Shown: positions 7,984 to 18,667, numbered from the stretch's first letter. The stretch is 64,000 nucleotides of DNA from an uncultured Verrucomicrobiae bacterium (GCA_963769025.1 CAVYKI010000009.1:1120001-1184000), one strand, 5' to 3'. Numbers and translations: made by a program. The notes: a model not told the origin generated them from the letters alone.

Positions 7984-9753
7984 TCAGGCGCATTGAGTCG
8001 TCGGAATGGCGAAGGCGCTGCCTTGCGATAGGATCGCTTTGTGAAGGACGGTCAGGAGCGTGCCCGTGCTGAAGGGCTTGTTGAGCATCTCGCTCACTTT
8101 GAGTGACTGCAATTCCTCGGCGCGCGCTTCATCCGCATACCCGGTCGAAGCAATCACGGAGACCGCCGGATTCATGCGCTTCAAAAGACGGCAGAGGGTC
8201 ACGCCATCCACCAGTGGCATCATGATGTCGGTGAGGACGACGCGGATTTCTGCGCCGTGCTGGGCATAGATGGATACCGCCTCGGTGCCATCCGCCGCCG
8301 CCATGGTGCTGTAGCCGTATCGGGTGAGCACGGATTCGGTCGTGGTGCGGATGTCGTATTCGTCGTCCACCACGAGGATCAGTTCGCCATGTCCGACCGG
8401 GAACGGCGTTTCGACGTCCTCAAGCATCGGACAGGCGCCTCCGGACGCGACCGGCAGCCAGAATTCGAAGGTGGTGCCCCGGCCCTGTTCGCTCCGCAAG
8501 TTCAGCACGCCGTCGTGGCTTTTCACGATGCCGCTGGCAGTGGAGAGGCCGAGGCCGGTGCCCTTGCCCAGCGGTTTGGTCGTAAAAAATGGATCGAAGA
8601 TTTTGGCGATGATCTCGCGGGGGATGCCCATGCCGCTGTCGGCGACCCTGAATACGACGTACCGTCCGGGTTGAACCCCCGGCGTCATGCACGCAGATGC
8701 CGCGTCGAACTCAACATTGTCGGCGCTGAGGCGCAGCGTGCCGCCGTCGGGCATGGCGTCGCGGGCGTTCACGCAGAGATTCATGAGCACTTGATGGAGT
8801 TGCGTGGCGTCGCCGTTCACGCAGAACAGGTTCTTGGCAATGTCGCACTGGATGCGAACGTTTCGCGGGAAGGTACCCGAGATGACGTTGACGATTTCGT
8901 GGAGCAGATGGCTGGGCTCGAGACGCGAACGCGCGCCCTCCGCACCGCGGGCAAAGGTGAGCACCTGCTTGACCAACACGGCGGCACGCTGCGCGGAATT
9001 TTCGATCATCGCGACCAGTCCCCTCGATTCCTCGGCGATGTCCACATTCAGCAATCCCGCGGACATGAGGATCGGCGAGAGCATGTTGTTCAAGTCATGC
9101 GCGATACCGCTGGCGAGGGTGCCAATGCTCTCGAGACGCTGGGCGCGCAGAAGGTGGTCCTCGGCCTGCTTGCGCTGTTCCATCTCGGCGAGGAGCCGCT
9201 TGTTCATTTCGCGGAGATCGCGGGTGCGCTCCTCGACGACCCGCTCCGTTTCCGCAAGGCGATCGCGGGCCTCGTGGGTCAGCCTCCATTTTTCGCAGAG
9301 CGCGCAGGCGAGTTGCAGCGCCTCGATGGCCGCGAATGGCTTTTTGAGCACCAGCAACCGGTCGCGGTTACCGAGGCGGTCCACCATTTCCTGCCACGAA
9401 TAGTCCGAGTAGGCGGTGCACATGACCACCTGCAGCTCCGGGCAAAGCTGCCAGAGGCGCTCCGCAGTCTCGATGCCATCCGCGCCGGGAGGCATCCGCA
9501 CGTCCACAAACGCCATCGCAAACGGACGCCCCTCCTCGATCGCCAGGCGAAGCGCGACCACGCCTTCATCCCCCTGATAGGCCGAGGTGAGTTCGAAAGT
9601 CGGCTGCCCCGGGGATGGCACGGGCTTGCCGAAGAACTCCGCCTCCGCCTGGTCGCTCGCGTCATTTACGGGGCAGAGGATCTTGCGAAAATCCTCATGG
9701 ATCGCGCGGTTGTCATCGATGACGAGGATGCGGTGGTTGGAGTGCGTGCTCAT
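7984..9753 (-). CDS. Hybrid sensor kinase/response regulator (REC-HisKA-HATPase-REC)
   Basis: ILVIDD...DVRMPPG; IAHDLNN; NLCVNARDAM, DSGMGI, FDPFFTTK, GTGLGL; ILVVDDE...DIMMP...KPF. Confidence 0.95.
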   Translation of the reverse strand: MSTHSNHRILVIDDNRAIHEDFRKILCPVNDASDQAEAEFFGKPVPSPGQPTFELTSAYQGDEGVVALRLAIEEGRPFAMAFVDVRMPPGADGIETAERLWQLCPELQVVMCTAYSDYSWQEMVDRLGNRDRLLVLKKPFAAIEALQLACALCEKWRLTHEARDRLAETERVVEERTRDLREMNKRLLAEMEQRKQAEDHLLRAQRLESIGTLASGIAHDLNNMLSPILMSAGLLNVDIAEESRGLVAMIENSAQRAAVLVKQVLTFARGAEGARSRLEPSHLLHEIVNVISGTFPRNVRIQCDIAKNLFCVNGDATQLHQVLMNLCVNARDAMPDGGTLRLSADNVEFDAASACMTPGVQPGRYVVFRVADSGMGIPREIIAKIFDPFFTTKPLGKGTGLGLSTASGIVKSHDGVLNLRSEQGRGTTFEFWLPVASGGACPMLEDVETPFPVGHGELILVVDDEYDIRTTTESVLTRYGYSTMAAADGTEAVSIYAQHGAEIRVVLTDIMMPLVDGVTLCRLLKRMNPAVSVIASTGYADEARAEELQSLKVSEMLNKPFSTGTLLTVLHKAILSQGSAFAIPTTQCA

Positions 9754-11750
9754 GAATTTTCGGGGGTCAAGGGGATCTCGATGGTGAAAGTGGCGCCCGT
9801 GCCGGGCCCGTCGCTGTGTGCGCGGAGCGAGCCGCCCATCTCGGACGCGGCCAGCGCGCTGCTGTGGAGCCCGAATCCGTGCCCCTGCTTTCGCGTGGTG
9901 AATCCGTGTTCGAAGATGCGGGTGAGGTTTTCCGGAGCGATGCCGATGCCATTGTCGCTCACCGAGACTTTTGCGAACTTCCCGCCATTCAGCTGCGCAC
10001 GCACCGTGACCTGCTTGTGCGTACCGCCGCCCTCGTCACATGCATACTTTGCGTTGCGGACGAGGTTCATCAAAATGAGCAGGAGCTTGTTGCGATCGAA
10101 AGGGATGGGGGGAATCGCGGGATCAAATTCGCGCACGAGATGCGTGCCGTGGCGGAGGAAGGCGTTCGCATTCATCCGCAGCGCGTCCTCGATCACTCCG
10201 TCCAGGGGCAGCGTCTCCACGACGCCGCCCGAGCCCGCGAAGCTCTGCTGCATGGCCACGATCTCGTTGATGTGCTCGATGTTCGCACGCAGCGAGGCGA
10301 GTTCGCGGAGTACCGTCTGCCGTTCCGCGATGAAGTGCTCGGCGAGCTGGGTGAGGAATTTCGGCAGTTTGGAACCCTGCGGGTGCTCCGCAAAAAACGC
10401 CGGAAGCTCCTCCGTATGCTCGTTCACCAGCTCCGCGACGCGGCCCAGTCCCGCGGCCTTCAGGCGGGAGACCTTGTCGGTGGCGATGCCGATGGACGTG
10501 TAGACGCTGTTGAGGACGTTGCCCACATTGTGCAACACGCTGGAGGCCACCTCGGCCATTCCAGCCTGCCTCGAGGTGTCGAGCAACTGCCTGTGGATTC
10601 GACGCAGCTCACTTTCGGCATGCTTTCGCTCGGTGATGTCGTGAAGAAACGCACTGAAAAGCACCGTGGTCCCGAGACGGATCGGGGAGATGGCCAGTTC
10701 GACGGGCAGCTCATGCCCGTCCTGATGCAGGACACCGATCTCGGTGCGCTGGTTCAGCGCCGCGCCGTCCCCAGAGGCAAAGAAGTGATCGAGCCGCTGG
10801 CGGTGGGCTTCGCGGTGGCTCGGCGCGACGAGCATCTCGGAGAAGTTGCGCCCCAGCGCTTCCGCCTGCGTCCAGCCGCAGGTCAGCTCGGCCTGCCGGT
10901 TCCAAGCGGTGATCGCACCGGTCGCGTCGGTCGTGATGATGGCATCCGATGCAGTGTCCACGATGAGTCGGATGCGCTCTTCACTGGCACGCAGGGCCGC
11001 GGTGCGTTCCTCGACCCGCTTTTCCAAGGTGACCTGTGCTGCCTGGCGCTCGGCGTCCCGCGCCTCCACCTGCGCCAGTAATGCGCGGGTGGCGGCGAGC
11101 GAAAGGCCGAGGCAAAGGAGCGTGAACCCCGTGAGCACCACCGTCGCGAGGAGCCCGAAATGATCGGACTGCGCGAGGAGCACGGTGGTGCGCACGCCGG
11201 CTGCGTTGGAGAGCTGAAAGTATTGCTCGTTGAGGGCGCCAAGCTGCGTCTCGATCTTGTCCTGCGCCGGTCCGACCTGCTGGTCGAGCGTGGCCATCGC
11301 CTTTTCAAACTCACCCACGGCGAGCTCGGTCTGGAACTTTTCCGCGCTCTTGCGATAGCGTTCCTCATCCTCGGCAAATGCGGCAAGGAAGCGTTGCGTG
11401 GGCTCATCCTTGGCGAGCAGCTTCAGGAGGGAAATGCTGCGGTTCACCTGCACCGTGGCTTCCTGGAATGCCTGCTTTTGCTGCTTCATGGCCTCCTCGT
11501 CCCTCGCGAGCGCAAACTGGTAGGTAATGCTCTTCAACGTAAGCGCGGCGTCCTGCAACCGGGCAAGGGTGACCAGGCCCGGCAGGAACTGACGGGTGAG
11601 GGTCTCCGTCTGCTGGGTGCCCTGCCGGGAGTATTTCCGGGAGATGATGGTGACGACGGTGACGCCGAGCGCGATCAGCGCGAAGCATCCGGCTGTGAGC
11701 AGCATCGCCTGACGGAACCCGAAATTGCGGGTGAAACGGGTGAGGTTCAT
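9750..11750 (-). CDS. Membrane sensor histidine kinase (two TM helices, periplasmic four-helix-bundle-like sensor, PAS, HisKA, HATPase)
   Basis: WNRQAELTCGW (PAS); VLHNVGNVL; NLVRNA, DNGIGI, FEHGFTT, GHGFGL. Confidence 0.93.
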   Translation of the reverse strand: MNLTRFTRNFGFRQAMLLTAGCFALIALGVTVVTIISRKYSRQGTQQTETLTRQFLPGLVTLARLQDAALTLKSITYQFALARDEEAMKQQKQAFQEATVQVNRSISLLKLLAKDEPTQRFLAAFAEDEERYRKSAEKFQTELAVGEFEKAMATLDQQVGPAQDKIETQLGALNEQYFQLSNAAGVRTTVLLAQSDHFGLLATVVLTGFTLLCLGLSLAATRALLAQVEARDAERQAAQVTLEKRVEERTAALRASEERIRLIVDTASDAIITTDATGAITAWNRQAELTCGWTQAEALGRNFSEMLVAPSHREAHRQRLDHFFASGDGAALNQRTEIGVLHQDGHELPVELAISPIRLGTTVLFSAFLHDITERKHAESELRRIHRQLLDTSRQAGMAEVASSVLHNVGNVLNSVYTSIGIATDKVSRLKAAGLGRVAELVNEHTEELPAFFAEHPQGSKLPKFLTQLAEHFIAERQTVLRELASLRANIEHINEIVAMQQSFAGSGGVVETLPLDGVIEDALRMNANAFLRHGTHLVREFDPAIPPIPFDRNKLLLILMNLVRNAKYACDEGGGTHKQVTVRAQLNGGKFAKVSVSDNGIGIAPENLTRIFEHGFTTRKQGHGFGLHSSALAASEMGGSLRAHSDGPGTGATFTIEIPLTPENS

Positions 11751-11757
11751 CGGTGGC

Positions 11758-12177
11758 CTACTGCGGGGCTAAAACAGTGAGGCCGGCGGTCCGCCCGGAG
11801 TCGGTGATCACAATGGCGCCGGGCGTTTCAGTGGCGATTCGCTTCGCCTCCGCCTCGGTGTCGACAATCTTGGGCGCGCTGCCTCCGCCGGTCATGAACA
11901 GGCGACGCCAGTGGTTTTGAAACTGGCTGGTCGTCATGCCAAGATGGAACTGGAGAAAGGCGTTCTGGGCCTCGCTGTTCCTCGCCATGACGATGACGAC
12001 GCGCACGCCGCCGAGCGTGATCCTTTTGCCGAGAAGGACGGCCTTGATGCCCTCGGCATCGAGCGACTGGCCCGCAAGTTCGGCGTGACCGAGAAGTGCG
12101 GGCGCAGCGCGGAGATTCACCGACGAGCCGAAGAGGCTCGCAGCAAGAATCAGTGAGCGCAGAAGTTTGATAAGCAC
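11758..12177 (-). CDS. Small exported protein resembling a single periplasmic-binding-protein lobe
   Basis: Signal peptide; WRRLFMTGGGSAP...E.E......TPGAI motif recalled from small proteins often annotated as phosphate-binding-like. Confidence 0.7.
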   Translation of the reverse strand: MLIKLLRSLILAASLFGSSVNLRAAPALLGHAELAGQSLDAEGIKAVLLGKRITLGGVRVVIVMARNSEAQNAFLQFHLGMTTSQFQNHWRRLFMTGGGSAPKIVDTEAEAKRIATETPGAIVITDSGRTAGLTVLAPQ

Positions 12178-12207
12178 GGGAGTTAAGGCAGTGGTTTCCG
12201 GTGCGGG

Positions 12208-13617
12208 TCAGAACGAGAAGGTGAGCTTCGCGGCGAAGAGGAACCACGAATTGTCACGGCCAGAGACGGGCTGCGGGTTCTCGACGGTGTCGAAGACCTT
12301 GCCGGCATTAAGCATATAATGCCCTTCAAGCTTGAAGACGAGGTGCTCGTTGATGTCGAATCGCGCGCTGACGGCAAAGTCGTTCTGTTTGAGGACCGGC
12401 AGGCTTAGGTTGCCGTACGGACTGTTCACCAACGGCTCCGTATCCCGGGAGTGACTGTAATAAACGCCCAGCTCCAGCCACGAGTTGATCCTGCGAGCGA
12501 CCGACAGGTAGTAATAGTCGCTGTTGAAATCCATGTCCAAATAGTGTGCACCGGCCAGATCGGTGTTGTAGAAGGCCGAGTCCCGTCCCGCCTCGGCGGC
12601 GAATACCCAATTGCCCTTCGTATACTCGACCGAAAACAGATGCCGTTGATAGGAGTCCGTGGACTTCGTGCCTACGACGTTCACAAAAGGCTGATCCAGT
12701 CCGTTCAGTGGCAAATCCGCCCGGCGCACGGAACTCAGATTCTGGAACGAGCTGTACGAGTATCCGAGGCGAAGTCCTGCGAGCGGGGTGTTCCAAAATA
12801 CGGAACCCCCAGCCACGGAATCCATCTTCATGCCCAAGCCCACGGACGGATAATCGTTATTGAAGTAGTCGCTGGCTCCCGATTCCGTGCCGATGGGAAT
12901 ATCGCCAAAGAAAGCCCGGTAATCGATGCTCCCGGCTTCCTTCAAACTGACATTGCCGAAGATCATGCCGCCGTTGAAGGAGGCGTTGAAATCCCGCAGG
13001 CGCGCGTCATAGACGCTCTGCGGCAAGAGGACGAAAGGACGGACGGAATCGAGGTCGAGTGCCTCGTTGTAAAGCCCGCGCGGCATTTTCACACGGCCGG
13101 CACGCACGCCAAACCACTGCGCAGGCTGATAATCCACCGTCGCCCAATCGATATCCAGCTTGTCATTGCCGTAATCGCCGAGCTTTTGGCCGAAGGCCTG
13201 AATGCCCAATCGCCATTTTCCTATGGCATAGGACGCATTGACGCCGTACTCGCGGAAATCAAAAGTTCCCGCGCTGGTATCGCCAAGGTACTTGTTGTGC
13301 CCGGTATTGGCGATGAAGCCCTGGCTGACAAACCCGCCGAACTGCACGGAGGTCATGGATCCCTTCATCAGTTGCTGGATGGAATCAGAAAGGCTGGACG
13401 AACGGTCGGCACCCATCGCCGGAGTGCCAAGGAGACCGATGGCACAGGCCAAAGCACAGCCTTTTGCGCCCGAGAGAAGCTGCCGCCGCACTGCAGGTAT
13501 CCGCGGAGCCGCCGACTCGGAAAGCGGGAGGATTGAATCACTCTCCGGGGGGTGGAACTGAGAATTCCGGATAGCGGCTTCCCCGGATATCCATGATGGC
13601 GTGGCGTTTATTTCCAT
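12208..13617 (-). CDS. Outer-membrane beta-barrel / porin-like protein (start uncertain)
   Basis: FGGFVSQGF, DWATVDY, RAGRVKMPRGLYNE; alternating aromatic strands; C-terminal Phe (KLTFSF). Confidence 0.85.
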   Translation of the reverse strand: MEINATPSWISGEAAIRNSQFHPPESDSILPLSESAAPRIPAVRRQLLSGAKGCALACAIGLLGTPAMGADRSSSLSDSIQQLMKGSMTSVQFGGFVSQGFIANTGHNKYLGDTSAGTFDFREYGVNASYAIGKWRLGIQAFGQKLGDYGNDKLDIDWATVDYQPAQWFGVRAGRVKMPRGLYNEALDLDSVRPFVLLPQSVYDARLRDFNASFNGGMIFGNVSLKEAGSIDYRAFFGDIPIGTESGASDYFNNDYPSVGLGMKMDSVAGGSVFWNTPLAGLRLGYSYSSFQNLSSVRRADLPLNGLDQPFVNVVGTKSTDSYQRHLFSVEYTKGNWVFAAEAGRDSAFYNTDLAGAHYLDMDFNSDYYYLSVARRINSWLELGVYYSHSRDTEPLVNSPYGNLSLPVLKQNDFAVSARFDINEHLVFKLEGHYMLNAGKVFDTVENPQPVSGRDNSWFLFAAKLTFSF

Positions 13618-13635
13618 TTTAGGACAACCAAACCT

Positions 13636-13652
13636 AGCCGACGCCATGCCAA
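13636..13652 (-). promoter_or_regulatory. Possible sigma54 (-24/-12) promoter
   Basis: Minus strand TTGGCATGGCGTCGGCT has GG-N10-GC spacing upstream of the porin gene; the -12 box is non-consensus. Confidence 0.4.
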
Positions 13653-13826
13653 CACCCTCCGTAAACTCAATTCTTTTATCACCTCGTTCCCATTCAAATG
13701 TCGCGGATAAAGCCTGTCCGCAGGGTCGACGCACCACGCGTCATTTCCGGCATCGCGCCGTCCTGATGCAGCACTCCATTCACAATCTCATACCCCCGCG
13801 GCACCCGCTTTCCGGCCCGCCGCGGC

Positions 13827-15259
13827 CTAGGCCGACGACTCGAGAACTCTCAGGTCGGCACGCTTGTTTTCGTAGCTCTCGTTAAACGCGGCGACCCTGG
13901 GCTCCGGCTTCACCCCCCAGTTTTCGCACGCGGCGGAATAGACGTCCGGCCACCAGTTGCGGTGCTGCGTGAGGCCCTCGTCGCGCCATTGCGCGCCAGC
14001 CGATGAGGACCTTGCTCCAGCAGCGGTCGCCCTACTCGATGGCCTCCTTCGCGTTGTCGAACTGGCTGACGTACCAGTCGCGGCCGACGCGCGCGTGCAG
14101 CACTTCGTCGGCCCAGTCGTAAGTCCTGGAACGTGCGCGGAGAGCGGTTGCTGCGACGCGACGCGCGATCTCCCACTCGAAGCGCTTGCCGGTCTTCGGC
14201 ATCAGCCCCTGCTCGATGAAGTAGAGCACGGCGTGCCGCTCCTTCGGCGCGAGTTGGGTGTTGAGCCCGAGCGACCAGGTGAAGTTGACCATCACCTTCG
14301 TCCAGTCGACGCCCAGCGTCGACGAAGCCGACCTCGCCCATCATCGCGTGGCGCGCCTCGTCCCAGAGCTGGCGCGTCATGTCGCGGTAGTAGCCCCACG
14401 GCTTGCCCGGCGTCTCGGTGATGATGCTGGCCATCATCTCCGGCACGTCGATTTCGCGGAGGCGCTTGTAGAACATCATCAGCGTCTTCGGCTGCGCGCG
14501 GCATCTCCGGGTCGTAGAGGAACGCCTCGGCGTTCACGCCCATGTTGTAGGGATCGGGGAAACGCTCGTCGCGCTGCGGCACGCGGTCGTAGGTGTACGG
14601 CTTCGCCGAAAAGTGACGGGGTGCGCGTGCGGGCGAGACTTCCGCGGAGCCGTCGAGCGTTCCCGCGGCCGCGAGCGCGCAATCGAGCAGCGCAAGCCAC
14701 TCCGCGAAGCGCGTGCGCTCGGCGGCGGCGACGAGCTGCGCGACGGCCTTCGTGCCGTAGCCGGCATGTCACCGAGTTCGAGCAGCGCGAACCGCAGCAC
14801 GCGACGGCTCGGCGCATCGGCGAGCGGATTCGCCGCCGCGCTGTAGCGTTCCATCGCCTGCACGAGCTCGGGGACCACTTTCTCGTACAGCCCGAGCAGG
14901 AGCGCGGCCGTGTCCGGCGCGGCGAGGATTTCGTCGAAGAAGATCTCGAGGTTCGCATCCGGCACGACCTCCAGCCCGAGCGGCGGCTCGCGCATCTCGC
15001 CGACGCGCGCACGCAGCGCCGTGGCGTGCTCGGCGCAGTAGTGGCCATGCAGCGAGAAGGCCATCTTCAGCTCATAGATCGGCTCGGCGGTGAGCCGTGC
15101 GATGAAGATCTCGTGCAGCCGGCGGAAGGCGTAGTGGAAGCGCTTCAGCCGCCGCACGCATTCGTCCACGGAGAGGCCGGGCGTCCGCGCTTCGTCGAAC
15201 GAAGCGAGGCCGGCGAGGGGCGGGAGGCTCTGGTACGGGGTGTAGTTCTCGATGGCCAT
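13827..15259 (-). CDS. Ferritin-like (DUF455-like) protein, broken by several frameshifts
   Basis: Fragments in successive frames: MAIENY...CAEHATAL; RDERFPDPYN; LWDEARHAMMG; WADEVLHAR; ...LRVLESSA*. Repeated ExxH motifs. Confidence 0.65.
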
Positions 15260-15322
15260 GCAGGGAGAATAACCTGCGGGCGGCGCGATTCCAGACTTCG
15301 CGTGAGCCCGGCGACCCCGCAA

Positions 15323-16318
15323 CTACTCCGGTTTCGGATCGCGGCCGAGCAGGCGCGCCATCGCGTCGGCGGGCGAGACGGCACCGTCGAGGATTGCCTT
15401 CACCTGATCGATGATCGGAGTTTCGACCCCGAGCTTCCGCGCGCATTCGAATGCGCTGTAAGTCGTCGGCACGCCTTCCGCGACCATCTGCATCGACGAC
15501 ACGATGTCCGCGAGACGCTCGCCTTTTCCGAGGCGCTCGCCGACCGCGCGGTTGCGGCTGTGCCGGCTGAAGCACGTGACCATCAAATCCCCCACCCCGC
15601 TGAGGCCCATGAAGGTCTCGCGCCTGCCGCCGAGCGCGGTGCCGAGGCGGCCGAGTTCCACAAGCGCACGCGTCACGAGCGCGGACTTCGCATTGTCGCC
15701 GAGGCCGAGTCCGTCGCCTGCGCCCGCAGCGAGCGCGTAGATGTTTTTCAGCGCGCCGCCAAACTCAACGCCCGCGACATCCTCGCTCGTGTAGGCCCGG
15801 AAAAACGGGGCGGTGAATGCGCGCTGCAGCTTTTGCGCGATGCCGGAATCGCTGCAGCCGAGCACCACGCAGGTCGGCATCTTGCGCGCGACTTCCTCCG
15901 CGTGGCTCGGCCCGCTCAGTGCGGCGAGCGGATGATCCGGAAAATGTTCGGCGATGACTTCGCTCATCCGCAGCCCGCTCCCGCGCTCCACGCCTTTCGT
16001 GCAGCTCAGGAGCACGGCGCCGGCCCGCACGCCGCTCGCCGAAAGCCGCGCGGCCACCTCGCGGACCGCCTTCGATGGCGTGACGACGAGCAGGAGATCG
16101 CACTCTGCGAGATCGCCGAGTTCCGGGGTGAGGCGGAGCGATTCGGGAATGGCCACGCCCGGCAGGCAGATGGCGTTCTCGCGCCGCGTCGCGATTTCAC
16201 CGACGTGCCTGGGATCGTGGCCCCACATGGTGACCGGCACTCCGTTGCCGAGCAGCACGAGCGAGAGCGCAGTGCCCCAACTCCCGGCCCCGATGACTCC
16301 GACATTTTGAAAACTCAC
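15323..16318 (-). CDS. gpsA: NAD(P)H-dependent glycerol-3-phosphate dehydrogenase
   Basis: GAGSWGTAL, LSGPSHAEEV, GGALKNI, GDLMVTC.SRHSRN. Confidence 0.97.
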   Translation of the reverse strand: MSFQNVGVIGAGSWGTALSLVLLGNGVPVTMWGHDPRHVGEIATRRENAICLPGVAIPESLRLTPELGDLAECDLLLVVTPSKAVREVAARLSASGVRAGAVLLSCTKGVERGSGLRMSEVIAEHFPDHPLAALSGPSHAEEVARKMPTCVVLGCSDSGIAQKLQRAFTAPFFRAYTSEDVAGVEFGGALKNIYALAAGAGDGLGLGDNAKSALVTRALVELGRLGTALGGRRETFMGLSGVGDLMVTCFSRHSRNRAVGERLGKGERLADIVSSMQMVAEGVPTTYSAFECARKLGVETPIIDQVKAILDGAVSPADAMARLLGRDPKPE

Positions 16319-16938
16319 GACTTTTTCCTCCCGAAGCGGTTCTCAGTCCCCGCGCGCAGCCGGGCGATGTTTGCCCGGTGGCGCACGATCACCAGAACGC
16401 CGGCAAACGTAGCGAAGCCGGCGCTGGGCCAGCCATACGGCCATTCCGTGAACTGCGCCACGATCGCGACGGCCGGCAGCGCCACCGCCGCGACGATGCT
16501 GGCGAGCGAGACGTAGCCGCTCGCCTTGAAAACGATCAGCCACAGCAGCAGCGCGCAAAGGCTCGCGAGCGGCATCAGTCCCAGCAGCACGCCGAGCGAG
16601 GTCGCGACTCCCTTGCCTCCTTTGAACCCGAGCCAGACTGGAAAGCTGTGGCCGAGCACGCAGGCAAGCGCGCCCGCGATGGCCGCCCAAGCCGGATCGC
16701 CGCCCAGTCGCACGGCCAGCCAGCGCGAGAAATAGACGGCGGCAACGCCCTTCACCACATCGAGCACGAAGACCGGCAGGCCGTACCGCCAGCCGCAGAC
16801 ACGCCAGACATTCGTCGCGCCGATGTTGCCGCTCCCGTGCTTGCGGATGTCCAAGCCCTTCAGGCGCGCCGCCAACAATCCGAATGGCACGGAGCCAAGC
16901 AAGTAACCGGCGAGGAGGCTGAGGCAGAGGGCGAGCAC
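16315..16938 (-). CDS. plsY: Glycerol-3-phosphate acyltransferase
   Basis: GSGNIGATNV.R, FKGGKGVAT, RHRANI.RL. Confidence 0.97.
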   Translation of the reverse strand: MLALCLSLLAGYLLGSVPFGLLAARLKGLDIRKHGSGNIGATNVWRVCGWRYGLPVFVLDVVKGVAAVYFSRWLAVRLGGDPAWAAIAGALACVLGHSFPVWLGFKGGKGVATSLGVLLGLMPLASLCALLLWLIVFKASGYVSLASIVAAVALPAVAIVAQFTEWPYGWPSAGFATFAGVLVIVRHRANIARLRAGTENRFGRKKS

Positions 16939-16996
16939 GTGCCGGATGGGATGTTTTCGCGAGGCGCGGTGTCAAGCACGCGGCAAGACGAACGCG

Positions 16997-17674
16997 CTAC
17001 TTCAGCTTCTCGTAAAAGCGGAGCGCCTCAATCTGGCTGCCGAATTCCTTCAGCGGATAGAGGCCCTTCGCCGCGCCTGCGCCGGGGTCGCGCACGAGGT
17101 AGTCGTAGCCTTCCTTGCCCGCGATGACGACGAAGTGCGTGATGCCGCCGGTGGTGCGCAGGCGGACGATGACGGGATTCCGCCGAGCGAGGTTTTCGTC
17201 GATCAGGCGGTAGCTCGGGTCGGCCTCATACGCCTTGCGCGCGATGTTTCCGGTGACCTCCGCGGCCTTCTCCCACACGAGCCAGCCGGTTCCCTCGTAG
17301 CCGTTCGCTTCGGTCACGAGTTTGTTCAGCCGGCCGGGGTCGGTGTCGGCCCCGTAGCTCGCGAGCACCATCGCGGCAGAGGCAACGGCGCAGCCTTCCG
17401 CTGCGAGCGACGCGGGGGTGTTGCCGAGGAGATCCTTTCCCCATCGCTCATCAGCCTGCCGGAAAATGGGGACATCCAGCTCGATGCGCGGCTGGAAAAA
17501 AAGTCCGCCGCTCGGCTCCAGCGGACCGAGGCGATTCCAGTCCTGCTGCCAGCGGTGCCAGCGCACCCAGCCATACACCAGGCTCCCGATGATGCTCAGG
17601 ACGATGACGAGAATCGTGAGTCGCAGCGAACGCTTCGAGTTCGGGTGCGGCAGGGCGAGCGGGTCGGCTGGCAT
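16997..17674 (-). CDS. C39-like cysteine peptidase family protein
   Basis: FRQADERW, EGCAVASAAM, HFVVIAG, VRDPG; N-terminal TM helix. Confidence 0.85.
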   Translation of the reverse strand: MPADPLALPHPNSKRSLRLTILVIVLSIIGSLVYGWVRWHRWQQDWNRLGPLEPSGGLFFQPRIELDVPIFRQADERWGKDLLGNTPASLAAEGCAVASAAMVLASYGADTDPGRLNKLVTEANGYEGTGWLVWEKAAEVTGNIARKAYEADPSYRLIDENLARRNPVIVRLRTTGGITHFVVIAGKEGYDYLVRDPGAGAAKGLYPLKEFGSQIEALRFYEKLK

Positions 17675-17677
17675 GGG

Positions 17678-18667
17678 TCAGGAGCAGCGGAGCAAAATCT
17701 TCCCGCCACGCTGCGAACGCTGCGCGTGGGCAAGGGCGTCGGCGATTTGCTCGAGCGGATAGACGGCCTCGACGGGCGTCGCGATGATTCCGCGCGCGGC
17801 GAGCGCGGACAATTCGGCGAGCAACGCAGCCGCGGCAGCCTCACCGGCCTGCTGGTACCAGCGCGTGATCCACAGGCCGCGCCACACGGTGTTTTGGAAA
17901 ATCAGCAGGCCGTTCGGAATCTTCAGCGGCTGGCGGGCCATCGCGCCGAACGTGACGATGGTTCCGTCCGGCGCAAGCGCGCCTGCGAGCCGCACCGCGC
18001 TGTCGCCGCCGACGGAATTCAACGCAAGGCGGGCTGGCTCGCCGCCGGTCGCGGCCTTGATCTCGGCGGAGGTTTTTTCCCCATCCACGAGCACGACATC
18101 CGCGCCTTCGGCTTTCAGTTCATCCACGAGTTCGGGACGGCGCACGACATTCACCGTGCGCCAGCCGAAGTGCCGCGCGAGCCGGATCACGCAGCGGCCC
18201 ACGGCGGAGTTTGCGGCGTTCTGGAGGACCCATTCGCCGGGCTGCAGCGCGACGAATTCACGGAGCAGCACGAGCGCGGTCGCCGGGTTGATGCGCAGCA
18301 TCGCCGCCTGCTCCAGCGGCACATCGGATCCGATTTTCAAAAGCTCGCCCGCCTTCACATTCCCCGCTTCACGCCAGGTGCCGAATCCGTGCGGCAGGAG
18401 CACGACGCTCCCGACGACGAGGCCTTCAACGCCCACCCCGCATTCCTCGACCACGCCGACGCCCTCGATGCCCGGCGTGGCGGGCAGTGCCGGACGGACC
18501 GGGTATTTGCCCTCGATGACGTTCAAGTCCGCCGGATTGACCGGCGCGAACTTCACGCGCACCCGCACCTCGCCGGGGCCGGGGTCAGGGAGGTTCAGCG
18601 CTGCGACCCGAACGACTTCGCGGGGCTCGCCGTGTTCATGGATGATGATGGCGCGGACGTTTTGCAT
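17678..18667 (-). CDS. MDR-family 2-enoyl thioester reductase (MECR-like)
   Basis: APVNPADLNVIEGKY, INPATA, QNAANSAVG, ALNSVGG. Confidence 0.9.
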   Translation of the reverse strand: MQNVRAIIIHEHGEPREVVRVAALNLPDPGPGEVRVRVKFAPVNPADLNVIEGKYPVRPALPATPGIEGVGVVEECGVGVEGLVVGSVVLLPHGFGTWREAGNVKAGELLKIGSDVPLEQAAMLRINPATALVLLREFVALQPGEWVLQNAANSAVGRCVIRLARHFGWRTVNVVRRPELVDELKAEGADVVLVDGEKTSAEIKAATGGEPARLALNSVGGDSAVRLAGALAPDGTIVTFGAMARQPLKIPNGLLIFQNTVWRGLWITRWYQQAGEAAAAALLAELSALAARGIIATPVEAVYPLEQIADALAHAQRSQRGGKILLRCS

